Shown here piece by piece: positions 49,784 to 61,281 of a stretch of 64,000 bases of DNA (its first letter is position 1; each line of letters starts with the position of its first letter). A model generated the notes under the pieces. The model did no database searches and was not told the DNA's origin. It worked only from the letters and a program-made list of their open reading frames with translations. The translations under genes were made by a program, and so were the position numbers. The stretch is from Nitrospiraceae bacterium (GTDB lineage: Bacteria > Nitrospirota > Nitrospiria > Nitrospirales > Nitrospiraceae): the NCBI GenBank assembly GCA_041908685.1, contig JAYREW010000009.1:208783-272782 (forward strand), in the 5' to 3' direction.

Positions 49784-50695
49784 ATGCAACCCAGCGATAC
49801 CATTTGGATGGACGGTCAGCTCGTGAAATGGCACGAGGCGTCCGTGCACGTCCTCACCCATTCGCTTCACTACGGCTTGGCCGCGTTTGAAGGCATCCGA
49901 TGCTACCAGGGGAAAAAGGGCTCGGCGATTTTTCGTTTGAAGGAACATGTCGATCGCCTGTTCGAATCCGCCCATATCGCCATGATGGCGATGCCGTACG
50001 ACAAGCAGCAGGTGGCCGACGCGATTGTCCAGACCGTCCGCGCCAATAAGCTGGAGAGCTGCTACATCCGGCCGCTCGTCTATGTCGGATATGGGGCGAT
50101 GGGGATTTATCCCGGCGACAATCCGATCAAGCTTGCCATTGCGACTTGGAAATGGGGCGCATATCTGGGTGATGAGGCGCTGACGAAAGGCATGCGCGCC
50201 TGCGTGTCGTCCTTTACGCGGCACCATGTGAACGTGTCGATGACGCGGGGGAAAATCTCCGGGTACTACGTCAATTCGATTCTCGCAAAGCGGGAAGCCA
50301 AGGCGAACGGCTACGATGAAGCGATCCTGCTCGACCCTGAAGGCTATGTGGCGGAGGGGACAGGGGAGAATGTGTTCATCGTGCGGCGGGGACGGCTGAT
50401 TACCACGCCGTTGACCTCGATTCTCGACGGCATCACGCGCGATGCGATCATGCAGCTGGCGCGCGAGCGGCAGATTCCGGTGGTGGAAGAGCGGTTCACG
50501 CGCGACGCCATGTACATTGCGGATGAAATGTTCGTGACGGGCACGGCGGCGGAACTGACGCCGGTTCGGGAAGTGGATGGTCGGACGGTGGGCACAGGGA
50601 AGCCCGGTCCTATCACGACGGCGCTGCAGCAGGCGTTCTTCAGTATCGTGCGCGGTGAGACCAGCGCCCATGCGGATTGGCTGACGCCAGTATAA
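49784..50695 (+). CDS. ilvE: Branched-chain amino acid aminotransferase
   Basis: 303 aa. Fold-type IV PLP enzyme pattern (HSLHYGLAAFEGIR, EGTGENVF). RBS is AAGGAGA. Confidence 0.9.
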   Translation: MQPSDTIWMDGQLVKWHEASVHVLTHSLHYGLAAFEGIRCYQGKKGSAIFRLKEHVDRLFESAHIAMMAMPYDKQQVADAIVQTVRANKLESCYIRPLVYVGYGAMGIYPGDNPIKLAIATWKWGAYLGDEALTKGMRACVSSFTRHHVNVSMTRGKISGYYVNSILAKREAKANGYDEAILLDPEGYVAEGTGENVFIVRRGRLITTPLTSILDGITRDAIMQLARERQIPVVEERFTRDAMYIADEMFVTGTAAELTPVREVDGRTVGTGKPGPITTALQQAFFSIVRGETSAHADWLTPV

Positions 50696-50720
50696 ATGCG
50701 CGGTGGCGTCGACAATGCGG

Positions 50721-50741
50721 CCGCTCCGTTTAGCGGAGCGG
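50721..50741. terminator. Hairpin between convergent ilvE and secG
   Basis: CCGCTCCG-TTTAG-CGGAGCGG, a perfect 8-bp stem. Confidence 0.45.
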
Positions 50742-50766
50742 TTGCTGGGCGCTTGTGCGAAGGCTG

Positions 50767-51120
50767 TTACTTGCTCGGTGTTGTCGCGGGTGCGGCGCTG
50801 CTGTCGGCCGGTTTGGCGTCCGACGACGGTGTAGTTGCCGGGGCGGTGGCCGGGGCCTTTTGATTCAGATCGATCACGGTGGAGGAGAAGGTCCGCTCCT
50901 TGGCGAGAATGGCTAGGCTGAGCGAGGTCACCATGAACACCGACGCAAAGACGATCGTCAGCTTACTCAGAAAATTCGCCGGCCCACGGCTCCCGAACAC
51001 CGTTTGACTGGATCCCCCGAAGGCGGCTCCGATCTCCGCGCCCTTCCCTGACTGCAGCAGAATGGCCCCGATCATAAACAGGCAGGTAATGACGTGGATG
51101 ATCACAACGAACGTGTACAT
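50767..51120 (-). CDS. secG: Preprotein translocase subunit SecG
   Basis: [23 protein letters not shown] motif and two TM helices. Confidence 0.9.
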   Translation of the reverse strand: MYTFVVIIHVITCLFMIGAILLQSGKGAEIGAAFGGSSQTVFGSRGPANFLSKLTIVFASVFMVTSLSLAILAKERTFSSTVIDLNQKAPATAPATTPSSDAKPADSSAAPATTPSK

Positions 51121-51166
51121 TCAGAATCCTTTGGTCGGTAATTGAAAGGGATTGTCGATGGGCGGC

Positions 51167-51955
51167 TTAGACGGTCGCTTCGGCAATGTCGACGATCTTA
51201 GCAAAAGCTACGGGATCGAGACAAGCGCCGCCGACTAACGCGCCGTTGACCTCGGGGGACGCCAGGAATTGCGCCACATTTGCGGCAGTCACGCTGCCGC
51301 CGTAGAGAATCACCGCGTCCGCTCCTGCCGCCGGTCCCCACTGAGAGGCTATTGTGCGGCGGATATGGCGATGGACTGCGGTCGCCTGGTCCGGCGTGGC
51401 GGCGTCACCCGTGCCGATCGCCCACACGGGTTCATAGGCAATGACGATGCGCGCGAGCTGCTCGGCCGTCACGGCGCGAAGTCCCTCCAGGAGTTGGCGC
51501 CCCACGACATCATCAGTCTGCTGCGCCTGACGCTGCGCTTTGGTTTCGCCCACGCAGAGAATCGGGGTGAGCCCCTGCCGCAACAGGGCCTGCACCTTTT
51601 TATTGACCGCCTCGTCGGTCTCTCCCAGGATGTGGCGCCGTTCTGAGTGACCCACTAGCCCGTAGCGACAGCCGAGATCCTTCAGCATCGGCGCTGAAAT
51701 CTCGCCGGTGAATGCGCCCTTCTCTTCCCAGAATACATTTTGTGCGGCGAGCGCGATGGGGGATCCGAGTCGAGCGAGCGTCTGGGCTGCCCCGGCCAAT
51801 GCCGTAAAAGGTGGGGCAATGGCTACGGAGACGTGCGTCGTCTTGGGGAGCGACGCGACGAGCTGTTCGACGAGTCCGCCGGCCTCCGAGGCCGTCTTAT
51901 TCATCTTCCAGTTGCCGGCGATAAAAAAACGACGCATAGGCTGAGCGATCATCAC
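51167..51955 (-). CDS. tpiA: Triosephosphate isomerase
   Basis: FIAGNWKMN, GHSERR and AYEPVWAIGTG motifs. The start may instead be at 51937. Confidence 0.95.
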   Translation of the reverse strand: MMIAQPMRRFFIAGNWKMNKTASEAGGLVEQLVASLPKTTHVSVAIAPPFTALAGAAQTLARLGSPIALAAQNVFWEEKGAFTGEISAPMLKDLGCRYGLVGHSERRHILGETDEAVNKKVQALLRQGLTPILCVGETKAQRQAQQTDDVVGRQLLEGLRAVTAEQLARIVIAYEPVWAIGTGDAATPDQATAVHRHIRRTIASQWGPAAGADAVILYGGSVTAANVAQFLASPEVNGALVGGACLDPVAFAKIVDIAEATV

Positions 51956-52016
51956 CTAGGTTGTCGAACGGCTGAGGCGAGCGGGACGCAGCGCTCTGCT
52001 GCCACGGCGCGCGAGA

Positions 52017-53216
52017 CTAGTCCTGGCGCTCCGGGAGCGCCGTCAATCCTGGCAATTGCTTCCCTTCTAAGAGCTCCAAGGCGGCGCCGCCGCCGGTCGA
52101 AATGAACGACATGCTGTCGGTTTCGCCGGCGCGATGGACGGCCAAGGCCGTGTCGCCGCCGCCGACGATAGTGAGCGCATAGGCGTTCGCCACGGCATGG
52201 GCCACGGCCAGGGTGCCGCGCGCAAACGCATCCACTTCGAACACGCCCATCGGCCCGTTCCAGAGGATGGTTTTTGCGTTCTGCACCGCTTCCCCGAACA
52301 GCTTGACCGAGGCCGGGCCGATATCCAGCGCATACCAATCTTTAGGAATTTCCTGGATGGGCACGATCTTCGTTTCCGCGCCCGGTTCGCGGCTTGCGGC
52401 CACGACGCAGTCGACCGGCAGGTAGAATTTGACGCCGCGCGAGAACGCATGCTCCTGAATGCCGCGCGCGAAATCGAGCATGTCCTTCTCGACGAGCGAG
52501 TTGCCGATTTCGTAGCCCATCGCCTTGATGAAGGTGAAGGCCATGCCGCCGCCGATGATGACCTTATCAACGCGCTTGCCCAGATTCTCGATCACGCCGA
52601 TCTTGCCCGACACCTTGGCGCCGCCGAGGATCGCCACGAACGGGCGCACAGGGTTCGCCACCGCACCTTCCAGGTATTCGATTTCTTTTTTCAGCAGGTA
52701 CCCGGCCGCCGAGGTTGCGATGTGTTTCGTGATGCCGACGATGGACGCGTGCGCCCGATGGGCCGCGCCGAACGCATCGTTGATATACACGTCGCCGAGC
52801 GACGCGAGGGACTTGGCGAATTGGTCGTCGTTTTTTTCTTCCCCGGCGTGAAAGCGCAGATTCTCCAGCAAGAGCACGTCGCCCGGCTTCATCTTGGCGA
52901 CCAGCGCCTCGACCGCCGGTCCGATGCAATCCGGCGCGAACACGACTTCCTTGCCGAGCAACCGCTGCAACCGCTTGGCAACCGGCGCGAGACTGTACTT
53001 GGGGTCCGGCGCACTCTTGGGACGGCCGAGGTGCGAGCACAAGATCACCTTGGCGCCTTCATCGACGGCACGGTTGATCGTCGGCAGCGTGCCGCGGATA
53101 CGCGTGTCGTCGGTGATCTGCAAGGCATCGTCGAGCGGGACGTTGAAGTCGGTCCGGATGATGACCCGTTTGCCCTTCAGCTTGATGTCGTCAATGGTCT
53201 GCTTATGCAGGTTCAT
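52017..53216 (-). CDS. pgk: Phosphoglycerate kinase
   Basis: [14 protein letters not shown] and STGGGA motifs. Confidence 0.95.
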   Translation of the reverse strand: MNLHKQTIDDIKLKGKRVIIRTDFNVPLDDALQITDDTRIRGTLPTINRAVDEGAKVILCSHLGRPKSAPDPKYSLAPVAKRLQRLLGKEVVFAPDCIGPAVEALVAKMKPGDVLLLENLRFHAGEEKNDDQFAKSLASLGDVYINDAFGAAHRAHASIVGITKHIATSAAGYLLKKEIEYLEGAVANPVRPFVAILGGAKVSGKIGVIENLGKRVDKVIIGGGMAFTFIKAMGYEIGNSLVEKDMLDFARGIQEHAFSRGVKFYLPVDCVVAASREPGAETKIVPIQEIPKDWYALDIGPASVKLFGEAVQNAKTILWNGPMGVFEVDAFARGTLAVAHAVANAYALTIVGGGDTALAVHRAGETDSMSFISTGGGAALELLEGKQLPGLTALPERQD

Positions 53217-53315
53217 CGGCTTTCCCTTAAGTGATCGCCCTCAAGATCCGGCTGCGCGCGCAACCGGCAGTCGCACTTGATGCTCATGTCATGATGGGAT
53301 TCGACGCCCGGGCGA

Positions 53316-54488
<1,173 letters not shown>

Positions 54489-54521
54489 CTAGGATGCCGT
54501 CCGCTTTTGAGAAAGGACGGT

Positions 54522-56981
54522 ATGGCGCACGATCAGACTCAGTCGGTGGATACGGTGGAGACCCTGCGGGCGTTGGAATGGGGGCGTGTCATTGCGGCCC
54601 TGGCCGAGTATGCCCGGTCGGAACCGGGACGTGCCCATTGCTTCGCCTTGCCGATCGAAACGTCGATCGATGCCTCACGCACCAGGCTCGCCGAGACGGA
54701 CGAAATGGTCCTCCTGTCCACCGGCACGGACCCCTTTCCGTCCCTGCCCCTGTCCGATCTCCGCGAGGTGTTGAGCCGGGTGTCGAAAGGCGGCACGGTT
54801 GAGCCATTGGAGCTCCGCGACCTGGCGGTGCTCCTGCGATTGGCCGAGGAGGTGCTGCGATTTATCGGACGACGTCGGGCCGAGGCACCAGCCATTGCCG
54901 CGCTGACGGCGTCGCTGCCGCCGCTTTCGACCCTCTCCGCGCTGCGCGCCGAGGTCGAGTGGGTCATCGAACCGGACGGGACGATGAAGGACTCGGCCTC
55001 GCCGGAGTTGCGCCGGCTGACGCAGCAGGTGCACGACCTGAAACAGTCGATGCGGCGGCGCGTGGAAGCGATTCTGCAGTCCACCCGCTACGAGGGCATC
55101 CTGCAGGAACAGTATGTAGCGCAACGCGAAGGCCGCTACGTCGTACCGATCAAGGCGGAGATGCGCACGGCCATTCCCGGGATCGTGCACGATATTTCCG
55201 CCAGTGGCGCGACGGTATTTCTGGAGCCGCGCGAATTGGTCGACCTCAACAACGGGATCAAAGTCGCGGAGCTGGCCGTCGACCGGGAAGTCCGTCGCAT
55301 CCTGCTCGAATTGGCCCGGCAGATTGCCGAGGAGGGCGACGCGCTGAGCGAGACGCAGCGCGTGCTCGTGCTGTTGGATGTCATTCAGGCCAAGGCGGCC
55401 TTGGCGTTGCGGCTCGGTGGGCGTCCCGTGCAGTTGAATGAGGACGGGCGCGTGCGCCTGCTCAAAGCGCGGCATCCCATCCTGGCCCTGTCGCGTACCG
55501 ATGTGGTGGCGAATGACGTGGTGCTGGAGGGGCCGGCCCGCATCATGGTGATTTCCGGCGCCAACACGGGCGGTAAGACCGTCACGTTGAAGTTGGTGGG
55601 GCTGTTCGCGCTTATGGTGCGGAGCGGGTTGCTCCTGCCCTGCGAGGGGGATTCCGAAATGGCCTGGTTCGACTCGGTCTATGCGGACATCGGCGATGCG
55701 CAGGACTTGACGAAGGATCTGTCCAGCTTTTCCTCCCACGTCACGCGGACGATTCGGCTGCTCCAGGCTATCGAGGCCGATCAGTACGGCCATCCGTCCG
55801 GCGGTCGCTGGCTGGTGCTGTTGGATGAGCCGATGACGTCGACCGATCCGGCCGAAGGCGCGGCGCTGGCCCAGGCTCTGCTGCAACGCCTTGCGCAGCG
55901 CGGCGTCACCGGGTTGGTCACGACGCACTACACGGAGCTGAAGGCGTTGGCGCAGGAGGAGCCGGGGTTCGTCAACGCGAGCGTGGAGTTCGATGTGGCG
56001 CGCCTGGCGCCGACCTATCGCTTGATTGCGGGGGTGCCGGGCGGATCCTCGGCGATCGAGATCGCCGGTCGGTTGGGCATGGATCCGGCGCTGTTGGAGC
56101 GGGCGCGCACGTTGTTGCAGGCCGACGATCTGTCCTTGGAACATCTGCTCAACGATCTGCAGACGAAACAGCGGCTGGTTGCCGAGGCTTTGCAGCAGGC
56201 GGAGGCGCGCCGCCGAGAGGCCGATGCGGCGGCCGAGGAGGCCACGCAACGGCTGGAGGCGATCCGTGATGCGGAAGCGGCGGAACGCCGGGCGGTGAAA
56301 AAGAAACTGGCGGAGGAGGGGCAGCGTGCGCGCGCGGCGATTTTAGCCGCCGTCGAGGAAGTGAAGCGGGAGCGGGCGGCCGAGCGGGTGAAGCTCGCAA
56401 AGCTCGCCAAGGAAAAAATCGCGGCGGCCGAGGCGGCGGTGTCGGCGGCGACTCCCGGTGCGACGCACATTCCGGTCGAGCAGTTAGCCGTCGGCGACCG
56501 CGTCGAGGTGCTAACGCTGGGCGGGCAGGGGACATTGGTTGAGGCGCCGGCCGGGCGCGCCCGCGTGCGCGTGCGGGTGGGGACGATTGAAATGTCGGTG
56601 CCCGTGCAGGATCTGGCAGCGGTCGATGCGCCGACTCCTCGCCGCGGAGACGCAGCGCCTCGTTCGACTCAGGCGGCGCCGAACCGGCCCCAGGGAACCG
56701 GGCCGCGCCAGTACAGCGCTGGGTCCATCGTCGAGCCGGCGTTGGAATTGGATGTGCGCGGCTTGGCGGCCGATGAGGCGCTCGACGCGTTGGTCGGGTA
56801 TTTGGATCGTGCGGTGTTGGGCGGGGCGCCCTGGTTGCGGCTCATCCACGGGCATGGCACCGGCAAGCTGAAATCCGCCTTGCGCGAGCACCTCCGTACC
56901 TCACCCTACGTGGCCACCTTTCGGCCAGGCGAGCGGGGCGAAGGCGGCGACGGCGTCACGATGGTCGAGTTGACGCGCTAG
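54522..56981 (+). CDS. mutS2: Endonuclease MutS2 (MutS domain plus C-terminal Smr)
   Basis: Starts at ATG 54522. Walker A GANTGGKT. The Smr end carries LDVRGL and LIHGHGTGKL. Confidence 0.9.
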   Translation: MAHDQTQSVDTVETLRALEWGRVIAALAEYARSEPGRAHCFALPIETSIDASRTRLAETDEMVLLSTGTDPFPSLPLSDLREVLSRVSKGGTVEPLELRDLAVLLRLAEEVLRFIGRRRAEAPAIAALTASLPPLSTLSALRAEVEWVIEPDGTMKDSASPELRRLTQQVHDLKQSMRRRVEAILQSTRYEGILQEQYVAQREGRYVVPIKAEMRTAIPGIVHDISASGATVFLEPRELVDLNNGIKVAELAVDREVRRILLELARQIAEEGDALSETQRVLVLLDVIQAKAALALRLGGRPVQLNEDGRVRLLKARHPILALSRTDVVANDVVLEGPARIMVISGANTGGKTVTLKLVGLFALMVRSGLLLPCEGDSEMAWFDSVYADIGDAQDLTKDLSSFSSHVTRTIRLLQAIEADQYGHPSGGRWLVLLDEPMTSTDPAEGAALAQALLQRLAQRGVTGLVTTHYTELKALAQEEPGFVNASVEFDVARLAPTYRLIAGVPGGSSAIEIAGRLGMDPALLERARTLLQADDLSLEHLLNDLQTKQRLVAEALQQAEARRREADAAAEEATQRLEAIRDAEAAERRAVKKKLAEEGQRARAAILAAVEEVKRERAAERVKLAKLAKEKIAAAEAAVSAATPGATHIPVEQLAVGDRVEVLTLGGQGTLVEAPAGRARVRVRVGTIEMSVPVQDLAAVDAPTPRRGDAAPRSTQAAPNRPQGTGPRQYSAGSIVEPALELDVRGLAADEALDALVGYLDRAVLGGAPWLRLIHGHGTGKLKSALREHLRTSPYVATFRPGERGEGGDGVTMVELTR

Positions 56982-59004
56982 GCGGTGTCGGCTCGACCTG
57001 CTCCTGTGTCGGCGGGTGGTCACCCTCCAACACCACTTCCCGCATCACGGCTTTCACGGCATCGTGACCGGTCGGTTCGCGTATAAATCCGTTGGCCCCC
57101 TGCGTGCGTCGGCCGGACGGTAGGACGGGGGGCTGTCCCGTCACGGATGGGTAATACACGGTGAACGTGGTGCCGATGCCTTCCTGACTGTCCACCTGCA
57201 ACGTCCCGCCGTTGTCCTCGATCAAGCGCTGCACGTTCGTGAGGCCGAGGCCTGTGCCGTATTCCTTCGTGGTGAAAAACGGCTCGAAGATGCGCCGCTG
57301 CTGCTCGGGCGACATGCCGCAGCCGGTGTCGCGAATCGTCACCGCCACCGCGCCGCTGGGCGCGCGCGCCGCCGAGAGCGTCAGCTCGCCGCCGCTCGGC
57401 ATCGCCTCCCGCGCATTGATGAGCAGGTTGACGTAGGCTTCCATCACCTGCTCGGAATCGACCGCAATCGCCGGCAGGTTCGGTGTGATGTTCAAGGCGA
57501 CCTGAATCCGATCATGTCCTCCCAACGCTTCCCATTGTTTCAGCGCCGCGCGCAGCGGGACGTCGGCCGCGACCACGGCCGGTTCCGGCGGCTTTTGTCG
57601 CGCATAGCGCAGGAAATCCGTGATGCGGGCCGTCAACCGATCCACTTCATCGATCACGTAGTGAGCCACTTCCTCCTTCACGGCGGCGTCGCGCGTGCGG
57701 TCCAGCATCACCTGTGCCGCGCTTCGAATTACGCCGAGCGGATTGCGCAGGTCATGCGCCAAGGCGGCCAACAGCTGCCCGACCGAGGCCAAGCGCGCCC
57801 GTCGGATCAGTTGGGCCTGCTGGGTGCGGATCGTCGACACATTGTCGTCGAGCGCCTGACGCATGGTGTGGAACGCGAGCGTCAGATCGTGAATTTCGTC
57901 GGACGACGTCGCGGCGTCCGCGGCCGCCTTCGCCGTGGGACCCGATGTTGCGGGCTGGCTACCGCCTGGGGAAGACGGTGCGGCAAGTCGTCGCCGCAAG
58001 GCATCGGCCTCCTGTCGTAACGCAATGAGCGGTGCGACCAACCGCGCGCCGACCCACGAGCCGAGGCCTGCCAGCGCCACCACGAGGATCAATCCGAGGC
58101 CGCCGACCGTCACGAGCAGTGAGTAGATCGGCGCGTAGGTTTCGCGGGCCTGTTGACGTACAAACGCGTACCACCGCTGGCCGCCCAGGCTGAGGGGGGT
58201 GAGGCGATGGGAGAGCTGTACCGGCGCGGCGCCGACCAAGGTGTGGCGGTCGCCATGCGCATCGTCCTCCGCGACGAACCAGGTGGGACGATCGGTGGAG
58301 AATTGTTTGATGAGCGCGTGCGGCATCAGGTGGCTGGTCGGCGGCAGCACCGGGCAGATCAGCGGGGTGCCGTCCGTGTCCACCAGCATGCCGTGCCCGG
58401 TTTCGCCGACTCGGATAGACAGGATCGATTTGGTCAGCAGCGTGCGACGGACGCTCAAGCGCACCACGCCGATGGGCGTCGGTCGGTCCGGGGCCATGAT
58501 CGCGGTCGCGACATCGAACGCGTAGTGCTGTCCGTCGCCGATCGGATGCAGCCCGCTGATATAGGTTGCCTCGTCACCGCGCATGGGCTCCTGCCACCAC
58601 AATTCCCCTTGCGCGTTGCGCCCTGCCGGATCGGGCCGACTGGCGGCTACGACCTGCCCATCCGCGTCGGCCACTACCACGTTCAAATAGTCTTCGGACT
58701 GTGCCACCCAGGCGGCGAGGTCGGCATCGGTCGCGCGGAGGCGCACGGACGTGGTGCCGTCCGGGGCTGTGCGAAGCTGTGCCACCGTCAGCGCGAGTCT
58801 GGTGGCATGTTCGATTTCGTTGTCGATGGCCGTGGCAAGCCGGAGCGCCGCTGCCCGCGCGATCTCCTGGAAGCCGCTGCCGATGGAGCGTTCGAGGCTG
58901 CGCTGGCTCGACCAATAGGTCACGGCCAACGCGGCGATGCCGGGCAGCAGCCCGACCACCAGCAGGGCGACCAAGAATTTCCGCTGTAGCGGCGCACGCC
59001 ACAT
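56956..59004 (-). CDS. Sensor histidine kinase (two TM helices, periplasmic sensor, HisKA plus HATPase)
   Basis: H-box LAALAHDLRNPL, N-box LLINAREAM, and the G-boxes DTGCGM and GTGLGL. Carries a 63-aa C-terminal tail. Confidence 0.85.
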   Translation of the reverse strand: MWRAPLQRKFLVALLVVGLLPGIAALAVTYWSSQRSLERSIGSGFQEIARAAALRLATAIDNEIEHATRLALTVAQLRTAPDGTTSVRLRATDADLAAWVAQSEDYLNVVVADADGQVVAASRPDPAGRNAQGELWWQEPMRGDEATYISGLHPIGDGQHYAFDVATAIMAPDRPTPIGVVRLSVRRTLLTKSILSIRVGETGHGMLVDTDGTPLICPVLPPTSHLMPHALIKQFSTDRPTWFVAEDDAHGDRHTLVGAAPVQLSHRLTPLSLGGQRWYAFVRQQARETYAPIYSLLVTVGGLGLILVVALAGLGSWVGARLVAPLIALRQEADALRRRLAAPSSPGGSQPATSGPTAKAAADAATSSDEIHDLTLAFHTMRQALDDNVSTIRTQQAQLIRRARLASVGQLLAALAHDLRNPLGVIRSAAQVMLDRTRDAAVKEEVAHYVIDEVDRLTARITDFLRYARQKPPEPAVVAADVPLRAALKQWEALGGHDRIQVALNITPNLPAIAVDSEQVMEAYVNLLINAREAMPSGGELTLSAARAPSGAVAVTIRDTGCGMSPEQQRRIFEPFFTTKEYGTGLGLTNVQRLIEDNGGTLQVDSQEGIGTTFTVYYPSVTGQPPVLPSGRRTQGANGFIREPTGHDAVKAVMREVVLEGDHPPTQEQVEPTPPSASTRPS

Positions 59005-59013
59005 GCGTAGCTC

Positions 59014-60480
59014 CTAGTTGGGGGGCGAGATCGGCGATCGTCCGTGTTTGGTCAGGCGATATCGCAGGGTGTTACGCGTCATATTGAGCAGTCGGGCGGC
59101 TTCGGAGATATTGCCGTGACAGCGCTCGAGCGCTTCGTGAATCAGACGACGTTCCAATTCGACGGCGGACAGTCCCAACGACAGGAGCGAGGTGAGCGGC
59201 CCATCGTCGCTTTTGTCGTGAAGCGGGGTACGCCGCGGTGGCGCGGGCGCGTGGAGCGACTCGCTATTCTGCAATGGCGTCGGCCCGACCTTCGGCGGTG
59301 CGGCCGTGATATTGCTCGGCAAGTGCTCGACGTCCGCCTGTGAGTCGTGACAGGTGATGGTGAGCCATTCGACCAGGTTGTGCACTTCGCGCACGTTACC
59401 GGGCCAGGCATAGGCCTGGAGCAACGCGATCGCGTCGGGGGTGCAGCGCTGCAGGCGCGCGCCGCGTTGCCGTCGCGCTTCGTCCAGAAAGGCCTGGAGC
59501 AGCGGCGCAATATCCTCGCGGCGGTCGCGCAACGGCGGCACTTCCAATTGGCAGACGTTCAGGCGGTAGTAGAGGTCTTCGCGGAAGCGGCCTTCCTGAA
59601 TCAGCCGCGGCAACGCCCGATTCGTGGCCGCGATGACACGAATATCCACCGGCTGACTCCGCACGCCGCCGAGCGGTTCGATCCGGCGCGTTTCGAGCGC
59701 GCGCAGCAACGAGGCCTGCGCCGAGGGACTCAGCTCGCCGACCTCGTCGAGGAACAGGGTGCCGTGGTTGGCCAGCTGAAACCGGCCGGGCTTGGATCGC
59801 TTGGCGTCGGTGAAGGCGCCTTTTTCGTAGCCGAACAATTCGGATTCGATGAGCGATTCCGGGATGCCGGCGCAATTGACGGCGATGAGCGGCCCCTTCG
59901 CGCGTGGGCTGGCCGAGTGGATGGCGCGGGCGAAGAGTTCCTTGCCGGTGCCGCTTTCCCCGATCAGCAAGACCGTGGTGTCCGTGCGGGCGAGGTCGCG
60001 GGCCAAGGCCTTCAGCTTCGCCATGGCCGGTGAGCGGCTCACGATGCGGTCGAAGCCGAAGTCTTCTGCGAAGGAGTCCGTCAGGGTCTGGTGCGCGTGC
60101 GTCAGCCGGTGCAGCTCGAGGGCGCGCGCGACGACGATCTTCAACTCGTCGTTGTCGATCGGTTTGGCGATGTAGTCGTAGGCGCCCTTCTGCATGGCCT
60201 CTACCGCCGACTTCACGGTGCCGTAGCCGGTAACGATCAACACCGGCACGGTGGGAAGCAGCCGCTTCGCCGCGTCCAGAACGTCCATGCCGGTCGGGCC
60301 TGGGCCCAGCTGCAGGTCGGTGATGATGAGATCGAGGTGGGGGCTGTCGGCGAGCGCGCGCAGCGCGGCCGCGCCGTTGGGGACGAGCTGCAGCTCATAG
60401 CCCTCAGAGGCGAGGATCAACTCGAAGAGTCGGCGCATGCGCGCTTCGTCTTCCACGACCAGAATCGAGGCAGGGTGCAT
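59014..60480 (-). CDS. Sigma54-dependent response regulator (NtrC family)
   Basis: REC domain (ILVVEDE, LIITDLQL). AAA+ domain (GESGTGKE, GAFT-like KGAFTDA, ESELFGYEKG). C-terminal Fis-type HTH. Confidence 0.9.
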   Translation of the reverse strand: MHPASILVVEDEARMRRLFELILASEGYELQLVPNGAAALRALADSPHLDLIITDLQLGPGPTGMDVLDAAKRLLPTVPVLIVTGYGTVKSAVEAMQKGAYDYIAKPIDNDELKIVVARALELHRLTHAHQTLTDSFAEDFGFDRIVSRSPAMAKLKALARDLARTDTTVLLIGESGTGKELFARAIHSASPRAKGPLIAVNCAGIPESLIESELFGYEKGAFTDAKRSKPGRFQLANHGTLFLDEVGELSPSAQASLLRALETRRIEPLGGVRSQPVDIRVIAATNRALPRLIQEGRFREDLYYRLNVCQLEVPPLRDRREDIAPLLQAFLDEARRQRGARLQRCTPDAIALLQAYAWPGNVREVHNLVEWLTITCHDSQADVEHLPSNITAAPPKVGPTPLQNSESLHAPAPPRRTPLHDKSDDGPLTSLLSLGLSAVELERRLIHEALERCHGNISEAARLLNMTRNTLRYRLTKHGRSPISPPN

Positions 60481-60538
60481 GGCTGCTCCCTGTGTGACGG
60501 GTGAACGCGAGACGACCGAACCAGACGATGGCGATGCG

Positions 60539-61216
60539 TTACGTCGACGACCCGGCTTTCCAGAAAAACACGGCGGTCATGCGCTTCGTAATCAGCTCGT
60601 GCGACCAGCCGAAGTAGGCGGTGGCCGAATGGACGAGATCGGACTTGTAGAAGAGCAGGCGGTTGAAGACGTTGGGCACTTCGAGATCCTCTTCCCACAT
60701 GCTCAAGTCCATTTCCTTGAAGCCCGGAATCTGGCTGAGGCTTTCATAGGGCGGCGGGCAGCTGTTGCCGCCCAGGCTGCCGTCAGGGAGACGGAGTCGA
60801 TAGAACGAAGTCCCGGAATGTTTGGTCGGCGGATAGGGATGCAGGTAGAGGACGGCGGCGTAGTCGCAGAGTCGGCTGGAGTCCACGTGCGGGCGGGCCA
60901 CACCTTCGCCCCCGCCGACGAGTTGTACGTAATTATGCCCGGACTCGCCCTGCGCGGGGTCCGCTTGCGGTCGTAAGCGTGCGACCCCCGTGTGGGATGT
61001 GACGCAGGATTCGATGATCGCCAATTCCGACGGCGTGAGTGCCTGCGGCGCGCGCATGCCCGGCCAGGGTTCCGGCCGCCAGGGCGAGCCCATGAGCCAG
61101 GTCGATTTATTGAAGCAACGCTCCGCGACCGCAAAGGGATCGGGCAGGATGTTGTCCTGAATCCAGTAGTCTTTGCCCAACTCCGGGCGGCGATACGGCA
61201 GGGTGGTCTGGCGCAT
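60539..61216 (-). CDS. Hypothetical protein, possible 2OG-Fe(II) oxygenase-like fold
   Basis: 225 aa. It has an HxD (RPHVDSS) and a distal His (DLVHSAT) about 87 residues apart, with YLHPYPP between them. This is motif-level evidence only. Confidence 0.5.
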   Translation of the reverse strand: MRQTTLPYRRPELGKDYWIQDNILPDPFAVAERCFNKSTWLMGSPWRPEPWPGMRAPQALTPSELAIIESCVTSHTGVARLRPQADPAQGESGHNYVQLVGGGEGVARPHVDSSRLCDYAAVLYLHPYPPTKHSGTSFYRLRLPDGSLGGNSCPPPYESLSQIPGFKEMDLSMWEEDLEVPNVFNRLLFYKSDLVHSATAYFGWSHELITKRMTAVFFWKAGSST

Positions 61217-61281
61217 AGGCCTCTTGCTGCGGATGCAGGTGGCGATCTGTCCGCATCATACGCCTGCTTTTGTGGAGAGGT

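Noticed and set aside
54675-56249. 524-aa minus-strand ORF
   Set aside because: It is antisense to mutS2 and is a GC artefact.
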